A stretch of DNA of 64,000 bases from an uncultured Candidatus Saccharibacteria bacterium (GTDB lineage Bacteria; Patescibacteriota; Minisyncoccia; Phycocordibacterales; EsbW-18), in the NCBI GenBank assembly GCA_964520295.1, contig CAZFMQ010000001.1, positions 84,604-148,603 on the forward strand. The letters are read 5' to 3'. Below, piece after piece: positions 47,108 through 56,297 of this stretch. Position 1 is the stretch's first letter. Each line of letters begins with the position of its first letter. The translations under genes were made by a program, and so were the position numbers. A model generated the notes under the pieces. The model did no database searches, was not told where the DNA came from, and was given only the letters and a program-made list of their open reading frames with translations.

Positions 47108-47150
47108 AGACCGAAACGCCAATGGGCGTTTCGGTCTCTTTTAAAAAGGA
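47108..47150. repeat. Perfect 15-bp-stem hairpin AGAGACCGAAACGCC-AATG-GGCGTTTCGGTCTCT. Copy 1 of a 2-copy hairpin family, in the miaA 5' region.
   Basis: Read directly. A related copy is at 50625-50672. Confidence 0.6.
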
Positions 47151-47416
47151 AGGACCCGGCTAAACGTTTACCAGATAGAGCTTTAGCGAAGGCGGGCTCG
47201 CTCAAAGCCGTCGCTTCTCGTAATAGAAGAGGGACTCGGTCACGAATCACTAAGTATTTTACTCGCTGGCGCTTCGTAAAATCCTAAGTGTTCGCGACCC
47301 CACCTCGGCGACAAGCACTCGCTACGCTCGTCTTGTATACCGCCTACGGCTTTCTCGTCCCTTCCCAGTGACAAACAAAATCGCCCCATGCGTTGCATGA
47401 GGCTCATTTGTTTGTT

Positions 47417-47498
47417 GTGCCGGAGGAGGGACTCGAACCCTCACCCCTTGCGAGACACGATTTTGAGTCGTGCGCGTATACCATTCCGCCACTCCGGC
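47417..47498 (-). tRNA. tRNA-Leu (anticodon CAA), type II
   Basis: Reverse-complement fold. Acceptor GCCGGAG/CTCCGGC, 3-bp D-stem, anticodon stem CACGA/TCGTG with loop CTCAAAA, long variable arm, T-arm GAGGG-TTCGAGT-CCCTC, discriminator A. Confidence 0.85.
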
Positions 47499-47609
47499 AA
47501 AAACAGCACCAGTATACGGTTCTTTTTCCATTTTTGCACGCCTGCTCTATGCTGAAACGTACACGGCAATACACACGCATAGAGGGTATTTTTTTGGTAC
47601 AATAAGCAC

Positions 47610-48560
47610 ATGGCGTTTCATAATGACTCAATTTTTTGGGTGGAGGTGGAGAAAATCGTACCGAACCCATTTCAGCCACGACGCTTTTTTGATGAACAAA
47701 AACTGAAGGAACTTTCCGACTCCATTCGTCAGTACGGTATTTTGCAACCGTTGGTGGTAACACGCCGTGAGAAGTTGCGCGATGATGGAGGATTGCGTGT
47801 TGAGTACGAGTTGGTGGCAGGTGAACGTCGTTTGCGTGCAAGTAAGCTTGCGGGTGTGTCGCTTGTGCCGGTGATTATTCGTGATGAGGATGAGAGCGAG
47901 CAAATGAAGTTGGAGCTCGCCATTATTGAAAACCTTCAGCGTGAAGATATCAACGCCATTGAACGCGCACGCGCTTTCCAGCAGCTTGCGGAACATTTTC
48001 ATCTTACCCATGCAGATATTGCACGCAAAGTAGGGAAGAGTCGCGAGTACGTCTCCAACACTATTCGTTTGCTCCGTTTGACGGAGGAGATGCAACAGGC
48101 GCTTTCAGAGGGAAAAATAAACGAAGGGCACACACGTCCACTGCTCATGTTGGCAGATAGACCAGAAGAGCAGGCGGTATTGTTCAAAGAAATAATTTTG
48201 AAGAAGTTGAATGTGCGCGATGCCGAGCAAATCTCTCGTCGTATTGCGGTGGAGAAAATCCGCAGGCGTGATAAGGCATACGATCCAGAGATTTTGGAGC
48301 TTGAAAAACTCGCATCACAAAAACTTGGTACACGCGTGCAGATTGAACCACGCGAGGTGGGTGGGCGTGTTTCCATTGAATTTGGCTCAGAAGATGATTT
48401 GCGTAAGATTTTGGCAATGCTCAACGAAGAGCAACAGGCGGCACAACATACACAAGCAGAATCAGAAACAGACGGTGGTACTCCTTCAGAATACACACCC
48501 TCCCCAGAGGAGAAGAAAGCAGATGACGATTTGTATTCTATCACCAACTTCTCTGTTTAG
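47610..48560 (+). CDS. parB: Chromosome partitioning protein ParB/Spo0J. No parA adjacent.
   Basis: ParB box GERRLRAS, HTH region (ADIARKVGKSREYVSNTIRLLRL), and an acidic C-terminal extension. Confidence 0.9.
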   Translation: MAFHNDSIFWVEVEKIVPNPFQPRRFFDEQKLKELSDSIRQYGILQPLVVTRREKLRDDGGLRVEYELVAGERRLRASKLAGVSLVPVIIRDEDESEQMKLELAIIENLQREDINAIERARAFQQLAEHFHLTHADIARKVGKSREYVSNTIRLLRLTEEMQQALSEGKINEGHTRPLLMLADRPEEQAVLFKEIILKKLNVRDAEQISRRIAVEKIRRRDKAYDPEILELEKLASQKLGTRVQIEPREVGGRVSIEFGSEDDLRKILAMLNEEQQAAQHTQAESETDGGTPSEYTPSPEEKKADDDLYSITNFSV

Positions 48561-50044
48561 TGTTTTTCCAGCGCGATCTTGATACGTTTTCGCGCCGCAC
48601 TCGTCTTGACCCATTCCAACCATTTGTGTGAGGGTTTTGCGGTGCGATGTTTTTCAATGTGCACGACATCACCTTGTGAGAGTTTGGTGGAGAGTGCGAC
48701 GAACTTTCCATTGACGCGCGCACCTGATGCGTGATTACCTAAATCCGAGTGCACCGCGTACGCGAAATCAAGTGGTGTTGCGCCGGTGGGCAGATCAATC
48801 ACTTCACCTGTTGGTGTAAATACCAAAATACGATCATTGAAAAAGTCACTCTTGAGATCGCGGATGAATGACACAGAGCGTTCAGTGCCCGCTTGTGTCT
48901 TCGTCATATCTTCAAGCCAAGATGCTGTTGGTGTCGCAGGGCGTGTGTTTTTTCCGAACACCTGTGTTGCGAGCGTTGCGCTGGATGTGCCACGCACTTT
49001 TTCACGTTCTTTGTATGAGACGTGTGAGGCAATACCGTATTCAGCAATGTGATGCATCGCCTCTGTTCTGATTTGTACTTCCACGAGTGCACCGTCACCG
49101 GTGAAAATTGTGGTGTGTAAACTTTGATAACCGTTTTTCTTTGGCATGGCGATGTAATCTTTGATGCGTCCAGGGAGCGGTTTCCATGCGCTGTGTACGA
49201 TACCGAGTGCGACATAACATTCTTCAATGGTGTCAACGATAATACGCAGTGCGGCTATGTCGTACACCTGCTCTATGTTCATGTCTTTCTGTTTTAATTT
49301 TTTGTACAGAGAATAAAGATGCTTGATGCGATAATCCATGGCAACGGTCTTGATGTTTGCCTGTGCAAGACGCTTCTTAAGTTCGTGTGAAATGGTGTGC
49401 AGTTGCTCAATGGTTTCTTTGCTTTTTTCTTCACGTAACTTTAGTGTGCGTGCATACTCATCAGGAAATGCCACCATGAATGCACGGTCTTCAAGTTCGC
49501 CCTTGATGTTACCGATACCGAGACGGTGGGCTATAGGTGCATAGATTTCAAGTGTCTCATGCGCGATGCGTTCTTGTTTTGCGCGCGGCAAAGGCTCTAT
49601 AGTTTCAAGGTTGTGGAGGCGATCGGCAAGTTTGATGAGAATGACGCGCGGATCTTGTGCGGTTGCAAGAAACAGTTTACGCAATGTTTCCACATGCCGT
49701 TTCAATCCACGATACTTGAGCTTGCCGAGTTTGGTGACACCATCAACAAGAAATGCAACTTCGTCACCAAACTCGGTGCGAATATTGTGGAGTGTTACAT
49801 CCGTATCTTCTACAGTATCGTGCAAAAGACCACCAATGATAGTTTCAGTATCGGCACCGATGCGCGCCAAATTGATGGCGGTGGCAACCGCATGGGTGAA
49901 GTATGGTACGCCCGACTCTCGCACGTGACCTTCGTGTGCTGACTGTGCATACGCATACGCACGGTTGATGCGCGTTTCATCACCCGCGGAGCATGCTCTT
50001 TGTGCATGAGACAGTATCTGTTGTACGTTCGGTGTTGCGGTCAT
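48557..50044 (-). CDS. rel: RelA/SpoT-family (p)ppGpp synthetase/hydrolase, short form (HD + synthetase + TGS)
   Basis: HD motif (LLHDTVEDT), synthetase motif (RIKDYIAMPKKNGYQSLHTTI), and C-terminal TGS (GEVIDLPTGATPLDFAY). 495 aa. Confidence 0.92.
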   Translation of the reverse strand: MTATPNVQQILSHAQRACSAGDETRINRAYAYAQSAHEGHVRESGVPYFTHAVATAINLARIGADTETIIGGLLHDTVEDTDVTLHNIRTEFGDEVAFLVDGVTKLGKLKYRGLKRHVETLRKLFLATAQDPRVILIKLADRLHNLETIEPLPRAKQERIAHETLEIYAPIAHRLGIGNIKGELEDRAFMVAFPDEYARTLKLREEKSKETIEQLHTISHELKKRLAQANIKTVAMDYRIKHLYSLYKKLKQKDMNIEQVYDIAALRIIVDTIEECYVALGIVHSAWKPLPGRIKDYIAMPKKNGYQSLHTTIFTGDGALVEVQIRTEAMHHIAEYGIASHVSYKEREKVRGTSSATLATQVFGKNTRPATPTASWLEDMTKTQAGTERSVSFIRDLKSDFFNDRILVFTPTGEVIDLPTGATPLDFAYAVHSDLGNHASGARVNGKFVALSTKLSQGDVVHIEKHRTAKPSHKWLEWVKTSAARKRIKIALEKH

Positions 50045-50141
50045 TGGTGCATGATACTACGTCCACGTGTGTGTTGACAGTAGAGCGAATGTTTGCATAA
50101 TTTCCATACAGAAGCAATCTCAACGGAAAGGGGGAGGAGGT

Positions 50142-50591
50142 ATGAAGATTCCAAAGATAGATGCCGAGCGAATGCGAAACGCATTCGCTGGTACCGTACT
50201 TGAGCTGTTTGATTTCGAGAAGCTCAAGTCACACGGGCTGTACATTCGTGACATGGAAGATGTCGCGGAGCTCTCTGCAATGCTTGAGTACACCCGTGAC
50301 CTGCAGGATAGGTGCATCATCCTGGACATGTTGCGTGTGCGTGTGGGTGCATTCTTGCACAAGCATCCGCCGTTGGAAGCATGTCTCCAGCTCTCACTGG
50401 ATGTTGCGGAGGATACCGAGGCGGATAAATACCTCAGCCATTACATCGTGAAGCTGTTGCACGATGGGGTTGAGCAGAGTACAGACCCGATGGCAACGAT
50501 GGGTGCGTACTATCCGCTCGTGTCCCCGTACCCCCAGGTGTTGCATACATTTATGCGACTGCTGGGAGAGAAGTTCTTTACGGAAGAGTAA
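50142..50591 (+). CDS. Hypothetical protein preceded by an unusually strong SD (AAAGGGGGAGGAGG)
   Basis: ORF 50067..50591 with internal ATG 50142 after the SD. No family recognised. Confidence 0.5.
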   Translation: MKIPKIDAERMRNAFAGTVLELFDFEKLKSHGLYIRDMEDVAELSAMLEYTRDLQDRCIILDMLRVRVGAFLHKHPPLEACLQLSLDVAEDTEADKYLSHYIVKLLHDGVEQSTDPMATMGAYYPLVSPYPQVLHTFMRLLGEKFFTEE

Positions 50592-50624
50592 TCAGAGGGC
50601 TCAAAGCACCAACGGTGCTTTGAG

Positions 50625-50672
50625 CCCTGTACACACAGAGACCGAAATGCCCACAGGCGTTCCGGTCTCTTC
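50625..50672 (+). terminator. Hairpin AGAGACCGAAATGCC-CACA-GGCGTTCCGGTCTCT then TCTTTGTT. Copy 2 of the hairpin family, acting as a terminator between convergent genes.
   Basis: Read directly. Stems differ from copy 1 at 2 positions. Confidence 0.65.
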
Positions 50673-50683
50673 TTTGTTATGTG

Positions 50684-52873
50684 CTATTTCTCTGCCTTCT
50701 TTTTCTTCGCAAATCCGCGACGCTTTTTCGGTTCTTTCAAGATTTCTAATGCGCGTTCCAATGTGATGGTGTACACATCATCAGTTTTTAGTGAGCGAAA
50801 ATCTCCATCATGACCAATGTACGGACCAAATCGTCCAATATTTGCCATAATATCTTTTCCGGTGTCAGGATGCGCACCAAGTGTGCGAGGTAGTGAGAGA
50901 TAGTGCAGTGCGTCTGCAAGCGTTACGGTTAGAATGTCTTTATCTTTCGGAATACTTGCACGTCGCGGTTTCTTGTTTTTTGCAGTTTTGGTGCCAATTT
51001 GCACATACGGACCATACGGACCTTCAAGAATAAAGATAGGTTCACCGCTTTCTGGATCGTTACCAATGGCTTCTGGTGCTGTTACCTCCTTACCTTCTGC
51101 GGTACGCGCACCATCACAATCAGGGAAGCGCGAGCAACTCATGAAGGTGCCTTGTCGCGAAAGCTTCATAACCATCGGGTTGCCACACTTCGGGCATAAA
51201 AACTCTGCGGGCGCAGGGCCAAGGTCGGTAAGTTTTTTCACCGCTTTGTCTTTTTTAGCAACATCTTTGGTGAATGGATCATAAAAATCTTTCAGTGTTT
51301 TTACATACGCACGTTCACCACGCGCGATTTCGTCTAATTCGTCCTCCATTTCTGATGTGAACGAATCGCTGATGTATTCGCTGAAGTTTTGTTCAAGGAA
51401 TGTAGAGACGACGTCGCCCGTAGCTGTCGGTGTGAGCGTGCGGTTTTCTCGTGTGACATACCCACGGTCTTCGAGTGTCTTGATGATTGATGCGTAGGTA
51501 GACGGTCGGCCAATACCACGTTTTTCAAGTTCTTTGATGAGACCTGCTTCTGAATAGCGTGATGGTGGCTGTGTTTGTTTTGCCTCTGACAACAATTCTT
51601 TCAAGGTGAGCGGTTCACTTTCAGCCAGCTTCGGCATTTCTACATCTTCACCACGCGAGCGCGGGTCAGCAGCGAGCCAGCCGGGGAATATAACGCGTGA
51701 GCCCGTTGCAGAGAACGCGGGTACAACAGACGCATCAGTAGTTGCGGTTACTTTCGTTTGTAGCAATTTTGCTGGTGCCATTTGTGATGCGACAGCACGT
51801 TGCCAGATGAGTTCGTAGAGACGCTTTTCATCATCAGTTGCACCAGCACTGCGTGTGCCTGCGTTTGTGGGACGTACTGCTTCATGCGCCTCTTGCGCGT
51901 TTTTGCTCGCGCTTTTGTAGTTGGTAGGGGAGACGTACTCTTTACCATACTCGCTGGCGACGATGGCAATGATTTGTTTCTGTGCCACAGATGCAAGGTT
52001 AGTGCTGTCGGTGCGCATGTACGTGATGTGTCCTTTTTCGTAGAGTTTTTGCGCCGCGCGCATCGTGCGTGATGGTGAAAAACCGAGGCGCGTGGACGCG
52101 CTCTGTTGGAGTGTTGATGTGGTGAATGGTGGGCGCGCGCGACGCGACACCTCTGTTTCCTTTGTATGTGCGATTGACCATGATGCACCCTTGCCGGTCT
52201 CAACGATTTCATCGACACGTGCCTGTGTCGTTGGTTCTTCTTCACACGTCAATGTGATAGATGCTCCCTGTTTTGTACTCACGTTGGCTGTGAGTACCCA
52301 AAAATCTTCTGGTGTGAATGCACGGATTTCACGCTCGCGTTCCATGAGAATACGTAACGCGGGGGATTGCACGCGACCCGCTGACAGTCCGTAGCGCACT
52401 TTTTTCCAAATGAGGCCAGAGAGATCATACCCTACGAGACGGTCCAGGACGCGCCGCGCCTCCTGCGCGGCGCGCAAATTATCATCAATATCGCGCGGGT
52501 GTTTGATTGCTTCTGTAACGGCACCCTCAGTAATTTCGTGAAAGACCACACGCTTTGGTTTGCGTTTTCCTTTTGCCAAATTGAGCGCTTCGGCGAGGTG
52601 CCATGCGATCGCTTCTCCTTCACGGTCGGGGTCAGTGGCAAGCAACACCTCATCAGCATCTTTTGCCGCCTCTTTCAATTCCGCAATCACTTTCTTTTTT
52701 TCAGGAACGATTTGATAGTTCGGTACAAATCCACCAGGGATATCAATGGCATTCTTATTGCTTTTTGGAATATCGCGAATGTGTCCCACTGATGCTTTTA
52801 CGACAAAATCGCCACCGAGATATTTCTCAATGGTTTTTGCTTTTGCAGGTGACTCTACAATAACGAGTTTCAT
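50684..52873 (-). CDS. topA: DNA topoisomerase I
   Basis: TOPRIM N-terminus (MKLVIVESPAKAKTIEKYLG...VGHIRD), active-site Tyr region, and C-terminal C4 zinc ribbons (CPKCGNPM..., CSRFPDCDG). Confidence 0.96.
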   Translation of the reverse strand: MKLVIVESPAKAKTIEKYLGGDFVVKASVGHIRDIPKSNKNAIDIPGGFVPNYQIVPEKKKVIAELKEAAKDADEVLLATDPDREGEAIAWHLAEALNLAKGKRKPKRVVFHEITEGAVTEAIKHPRDIDDNLRAAQEARRVLDRLVGYDLSGLIWKKVRYGLSAGRVQSPALRILMEREREIRAFTPEDFWVLTANVSTKQGASITLTCEEEPTTQARVDEIVETGKGASWSIAHTKETEVSRRARPPFTTSTLQQSASTRLGFSPSRTMRAAQKLYEKGHITYMRTDSTNLASVAQKQIIAIVASEYGKEYVSPTNYKSASKNAQEAHEAVRPTNAGTRSAGATDDEKRLYELIWQRAVASQMAPAKLLQTKVTATTDASVVPAFSATGSRVIFPGWLAADPRSRGEDVEMPKLAESEPLTLKELLSEAKQTQPPSRYSEAGLIKELEKRGIGRPSTYASIIKTLEDRGYVTRENRTLTPTATGDVVSTFLEQNFSEYISDSFTSEMEDELDEIARGERAYVKTLKDFYDPFTKDVAKKDKAVKKLTDLGPAPAEFLCPKCGNPMVMKLSRQGTFMSCSRFPDCDGARTAEGKEVTAPEAIGNDPESGEPIFILEGPYGPYVQIGTKTAKNKKPRRASIPKDKDILTVTLADALHYLSLPRTLGAHPDTGKDIMANIGRFGPYIGHDGDFRSLKTDDVYTITLERALEILKEPKKRRGFAKKKKAEK

Positions 52874-52933
52874 GTGTGTATCAGTAGTACCACGATATGC
52901 AACGGATGTGCAACCGCTGTACGATGCGTGATA

Positions 52934-53800
52934 CTACACGTACCTTTCAATTTTGCCAAGTCGGACAGCAACAAGACGCTTCAATTCAAGCATAGAAATA
53001 ATAATATTGAGTTGTGTAATTGACAGCCCTGTTACGCGCGCAATTTCGTCGGCGGTCGCGGGTTCCGCGACCGCTTCTAGCACCGCGCGCTCCTCGGGAG
53101 ATACTGTGTCAGGGATGGGCGCCACTGCGCTCTCGCGTATGGGGATAGCGAGTGCCTGCAAAATGTCTGCACCACAGGTAACGGCTTGCGCGCCGTTGCG
53201 CAATAATTGATTAGAGCCCGCGTGTTGTGCACTGTAGATTGCGCCGGGCACAACGAGCACATCTCGATTGTATTCCATGGCGAGGCGCGCGGTAATGCAG
53301 GTGCCAGATTTTTCGCGCGCCTCAATGATGAGTGTTGCATGACACATGCCCGCCATAATTCTATTGCGACGCGCAAACACCCATGCACCGCCGGCATCAT
53401 CATTACTGAGTTCAGAGATGAGTGCGCCACCAGCACCGCAGATGGCGTGTGCAAGTCCGAGATGTGCACGCGGATACAATCGCTCATCTGTTATCGGCGA
53501 GCCGGGAACCGCGACGGTCTTCAATCCCGTGGCGAGTGCCGCTTCATGTGCGATGCTATCAATGCCGAGCGCTAATCCCGATACAATCACCACAGGATAG
53601 CCGGCGAGTTCTTGAATGAGTTTTCGGCATACCGATGCGCCGTAGGGGGAGTAGGCGCGCGAGCCGACCACGCAGAGCCAGACGCTTTGCTCGTCGGGGA
53701 GCGTGCCGCGCATATATAATTGTGTGGGTGCATCGGGGATTTCGCGCAAAAGCGCGGGAAAATCCTTACGGCGCAGTGTCAGTATCGGGTTGTCCTTCAT
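52934..53800 (-). CDS. dprA: DNA processing protein DprA (Smf)
   Basis: Rossmann-like DprA core (LCVVGSRAYSPYG...VVIVSGLALGIDSIAHEAAL...GGALISE). ORF-track start at 54304 rejected; start set at ATG 53800. Confidence 0.88.
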   Translation of the reverse strand: MKDNPILTLRRKDFPALLREIPDAPTQLYMRGTLPDEQSVWLCVVGSRAYSPYGASVCRKLIQELAGYPVVIVSGLALGIDSIAHEAALATGLKTVAVPGSPITDERLYPRAHLGLAHAICGAGGALISELSNDDAGGAWVFARRNRIMAGMCHATLIIEAREKSGTCITARLAMEYNRDVLVVPGAIYSAQHAGSNQLLRNGAQAVTCGADILQALAIPIRESAVAPIPDTVSPEERAVLEAVAEPATADEIARVTGLSITQLNIIISMLELKRLVAVRLGKIERYV

Positions 53801-53867
53801 GCGGTCACTATGCCACGGGGGATATGAAGAATAGATAAAAACCATTTTTACGCTATAGTAGAGGCAT

Positions 53868-55139
53868 ATGTTGGATATCAATTTCATTCGAGAAAACAAA
53901 GAAAGCGTCGCCGTGGGTGCAAAAAAGAAGCGCATGGAGGTGGACATTGACGCACTCATCGCACTTGATGACACACGCCGCACACTCACGCAGGTGGTGG
54001 ACGATATGCGCGCACAACAAAACACTGCAAGCGAAAAAATCCCACAGGCATCAGCAGAAGAGCGCACCGCACTGTTGGCAGATATGAAGACGTTGAAAGA
54101 AGCACTGCAGGCAAAAGAAGAAGAACTCAAGGGCGTGATGGAAGAATGGAAAACACTGATGTTGCAGGTGCCGAATGTGCCCGATATTTCGGTGCCAGAT
54201 GGCGACAGCGATGCAGACAATAAAGAAATAAAAGTATGGGGTGAGCCGAAGCAATTTGATTTTGAACCGAAAACCCACATTGAGATTATGGAAAATCTCG
54301 GCATGCTTGATTTGGAGCGCGGTACAAAGGTGCACGGCTTTCGAGGTTACTTTCTCAAAGGTGATGGTGCACAGCTCACATTTGCCATTTGGAATCATGC
54401 GCTCAACTTTTTCATGCAGAAAGGATTTGAATTGATGATTACACCTGCAATTGTAAAAAAACAATTGCTGTATGGCACGGGGCATTTGCCAAATGATGTT
54501 GAAGATATTTTCCGTACACAAGATGACGATTATCTTGCGGGGACCGCCGAGGTGCCGGTGATGGGATATCACAGCGATGAAGTGTTGGATCTAAAAGGAT
54601 TACCAAAAAAGTATCTCGCATTTTCTCCTTGCTATCGTCGCGAAGTAGGCAGTTACAGCAAAGATGTGAAGGGACTTATTCGTGTGCACGAGTTTTATAA
54701 GTTTGAACAAGTTATTCTCTGCGAAGCAAATCACGAAGAGTCAGTGAAGTGGCACGAATGGCTCAATCGTAATGCCGAAGAGTTTATTGAAAGTTTAGGT
54801 ATTCCGTATCATACCGTGTTGAATTGTGGTGGTGATTTAGGATTGGGACAGGTGAAGAAGTACGATATTGAGTTGTGGGTGCCTCTGGAGCAAAAGTATC
54901 GCGAGATCGGGTCGGCATCGTATTTCCACGATTTTCAATGTCGTCGTTTCAATATCAAATATACTGATGCAGAAGGACAGCGCCGATTTGCGCACTCACT
55001 CAATGACACCGCAATTCCCACACCACGTATTCTCGTCTCATTGATAGAAAATTATCAGAATGCTGATGGGTCGGTTACTATTCCTGAAGTATTGCGTCCG
55101 TACATGGGTGGTCGCGAGAAAATAGAGAAACGCTCATAG
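53868..55139 (+). CDS. serS: Seryl-tRNA synthetase
   Basis: N-terminal coiled-coil arm and class II motifs (FRGYFLKGDGAQL, GLIRVHEFYKFEQV, GSASYFHDFQCRRF). Confidence 0.95.
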   Translation: MLDINFIRENKESVAVGAKKKRMEVDIDALIALDDTRRTLTQVVDDMRAQQNTASEKIPQASAEERTALLADMKTLKEALQAKEEELKGVMEEWKTLMLQVPNVPDISVPDGDSDADNKEIKVWGEPKQFDFEPKTHIEIMENLGMLDLERGTKVHGFRGYFLKGDGAQLTFAIWNHALNFFMQKGFELMITPAIVKKQLLYGTGHLPNDVEDIFRTQDDDYLAGTAEVPVMGYHSDEVLDLKGLPKKYLAFSPCYRREVGSYSKDVKGLIRVHEFYKFEQVILCEANHEESVKWHEWLNRNAEEFIESLGIPYHTVLNCGGDLGLGQVKKYDIELWVPLEQKYREIGSASYFHDFQCRRFNIKYTDAEGQRRFAHSLNDTAIPTPRILVSLIENYQNADGSVTIPEVLRPYMGGREKIEKRS

Positions 55140-55143
55140 TGCT

Positions 55144-55983
55144 ATGTTTAGAAAGTTTACATCCGAACGCGTGCGCCGTGTTCGCCGTAAACGGTTTGCG
55201 CGAACAACACTCTTGCATATTGTGCTTGCATTGTCGGTCGTGACAGTGTTGTGGCAATTGTCGTATGCACCATGGTGGCGCGTTGATGCGTTGTCTGTGC
55301 GTGGTACCAAAGCAGTGTCACATGATGAAGTATTTGCAACAGCATCTGGCGTATTGGAGGGTTCGTATCTTGGTCTCTTTTCAAAACGCAATATCTTTTT
55401 AGTACCGCGGGGCAGTATCGTGCGCGCACTACGATCAACATTTCCGCGCATCAGTAGTGTGTCGGTTGCACGCTCAGGCCTGCACATATTGGCTATATCA
55501 GTACACGAGCATACTGCAGAGGCATTATTGTGTCGTACCACAGGAGATGAGTGTTATTTCATGAACAAAGATGGATTTGTGTTCAGTGAGGCACCACAAT
55601 TTTCCAGTGTCGCATTTAGTACGTACAGCGCGAAACTTGTAGATAACCCAATAGGGAAAACTTTTTTGGCATCGGATAATGGTTTTGCTCGGCTTGATGC
55701 ATTTGTTTCTTCGCTTGCATCACTGTCACTGGCACCTCAACGAACAGAAATAACAAATGAGTACATCACCGTAACCGCGCGCGTCGGTGCATCAGCCATT
55801 GCACTACTCTTTAGTCGTGCCGTTCCATTTGAACAATCGTATAGCAATCTTGAAGCGGTACTGCGCGATCCAGGTTTTGATGTACACGAGGTGTCGCGCA
55901 TTGATGTACGTTTCGGCAATAAAATCTTTTTTGTACCGCGTGGTGAAGAAGTGTTTTCAGAGGATGCAATGACAGAGGAGTAG
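55144..55983 (+). CDS. Hypothetical membrane-anchored protein, possibly FtsQ/DivIB-like (POTRA)
   Basis: N-terminal basic segment plus TM helix, followed by a beta/alpha domain (VDALSVRGTKAVSHDEV...). Weak resemblance only. Confidence 0.45.
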   Translation: MFRKFTSERVRRVRRKRFARTTLLHIVLALSVVTVLWQLSYAPWWRVDALSVRGTKAVSHDEVFATASGVLEGSYLGLFSKRNIFLVPRGSIVRALRSTFPRISSVSVARSGLHILAISVHEHTAEALLCRTTGDECYFMNKDGFVFSEAPQFSSVAFSTYSAKLVDNPIGKTFLASDNGFARLDAFVSSLASLSLAPQRTEITNEYITVTARVGASAIALLFSRAVPFEQSYSNLEAVLRDPGFDVHEVSRIDVRFGNKIFFVPRGEEVFSEDAMTEE

Positions 55984-55992
55984 GAAATGAAA

Positions 55993-56030
55993 AAGCCCCG
56001 CCCTGTACCACAGGGCGGGGACTTGTACTC
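55993..56030 (-). terminator. Terminator CCCCGCCCTG-TACCA-CAGGGCGGGG with T-run on the - strand (complement of GAAAAAG)
   Basis: Read directly. Sits downstream of the small - strand ORF. Confidence 0.7.
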
Positions 56031-56039
56031 GTGCGATGC

Positions 56040-56231
56040 TCATTCATCGAATTCGTGCCGTGTGTACGAGAAGAGGCGGCGATACAATATCTTGTTGTAA
56101 TCACGACCCCACGTTGTTTTATTGAAGCGTGACGCGTTTTCTCTACGAAGTTTCCGTTTCCGCCGCTCTTGACGGCGACTCTCGTGCTGGGTTTTGCGCA
56201 CACGCTTATGCTGTTTTTCGCGCTTCTCCAT
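56040..56231 (-). CDS. Small highly basic protein (63 aa, K/R/E-rich). Candidate ribosomal-type or nucleic-acid-binding small protein.
   Basis: ORF 56040..56282 with internal ATG 56231 (MEKREKQHKRVRKTQHESRRQERRKRKLRRENASRFNK...). Followed by a - strand terminator. Does not overlap the corrected dus start at 56298. Confidence 0.4.
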   Translation of the reverse strand: MEKREKQHKRVRKTQHESRRQERRKRKLRRENASRFNKTTWGRDYNKILYRRLFSYTRHEFDE

Positions 56232-56297
56232 TGCACCCCTCCCGTGTTTGGTACGTCTCTCTGTAGTATAGTACACGGACAACTGAATGCGCCAGCT

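Noticed and set aside
52934-54304. 456-aa ORF-track version of dprA with a 168-aa N-terminal extension
   Set aside because: The extension is low-complexity S/C/F-rich sequence antisense to the serS promoter and 5' region. DprA homology begins at MKDNPILTL (ATG 53800), so the gene was trimmed to 52934-53800.
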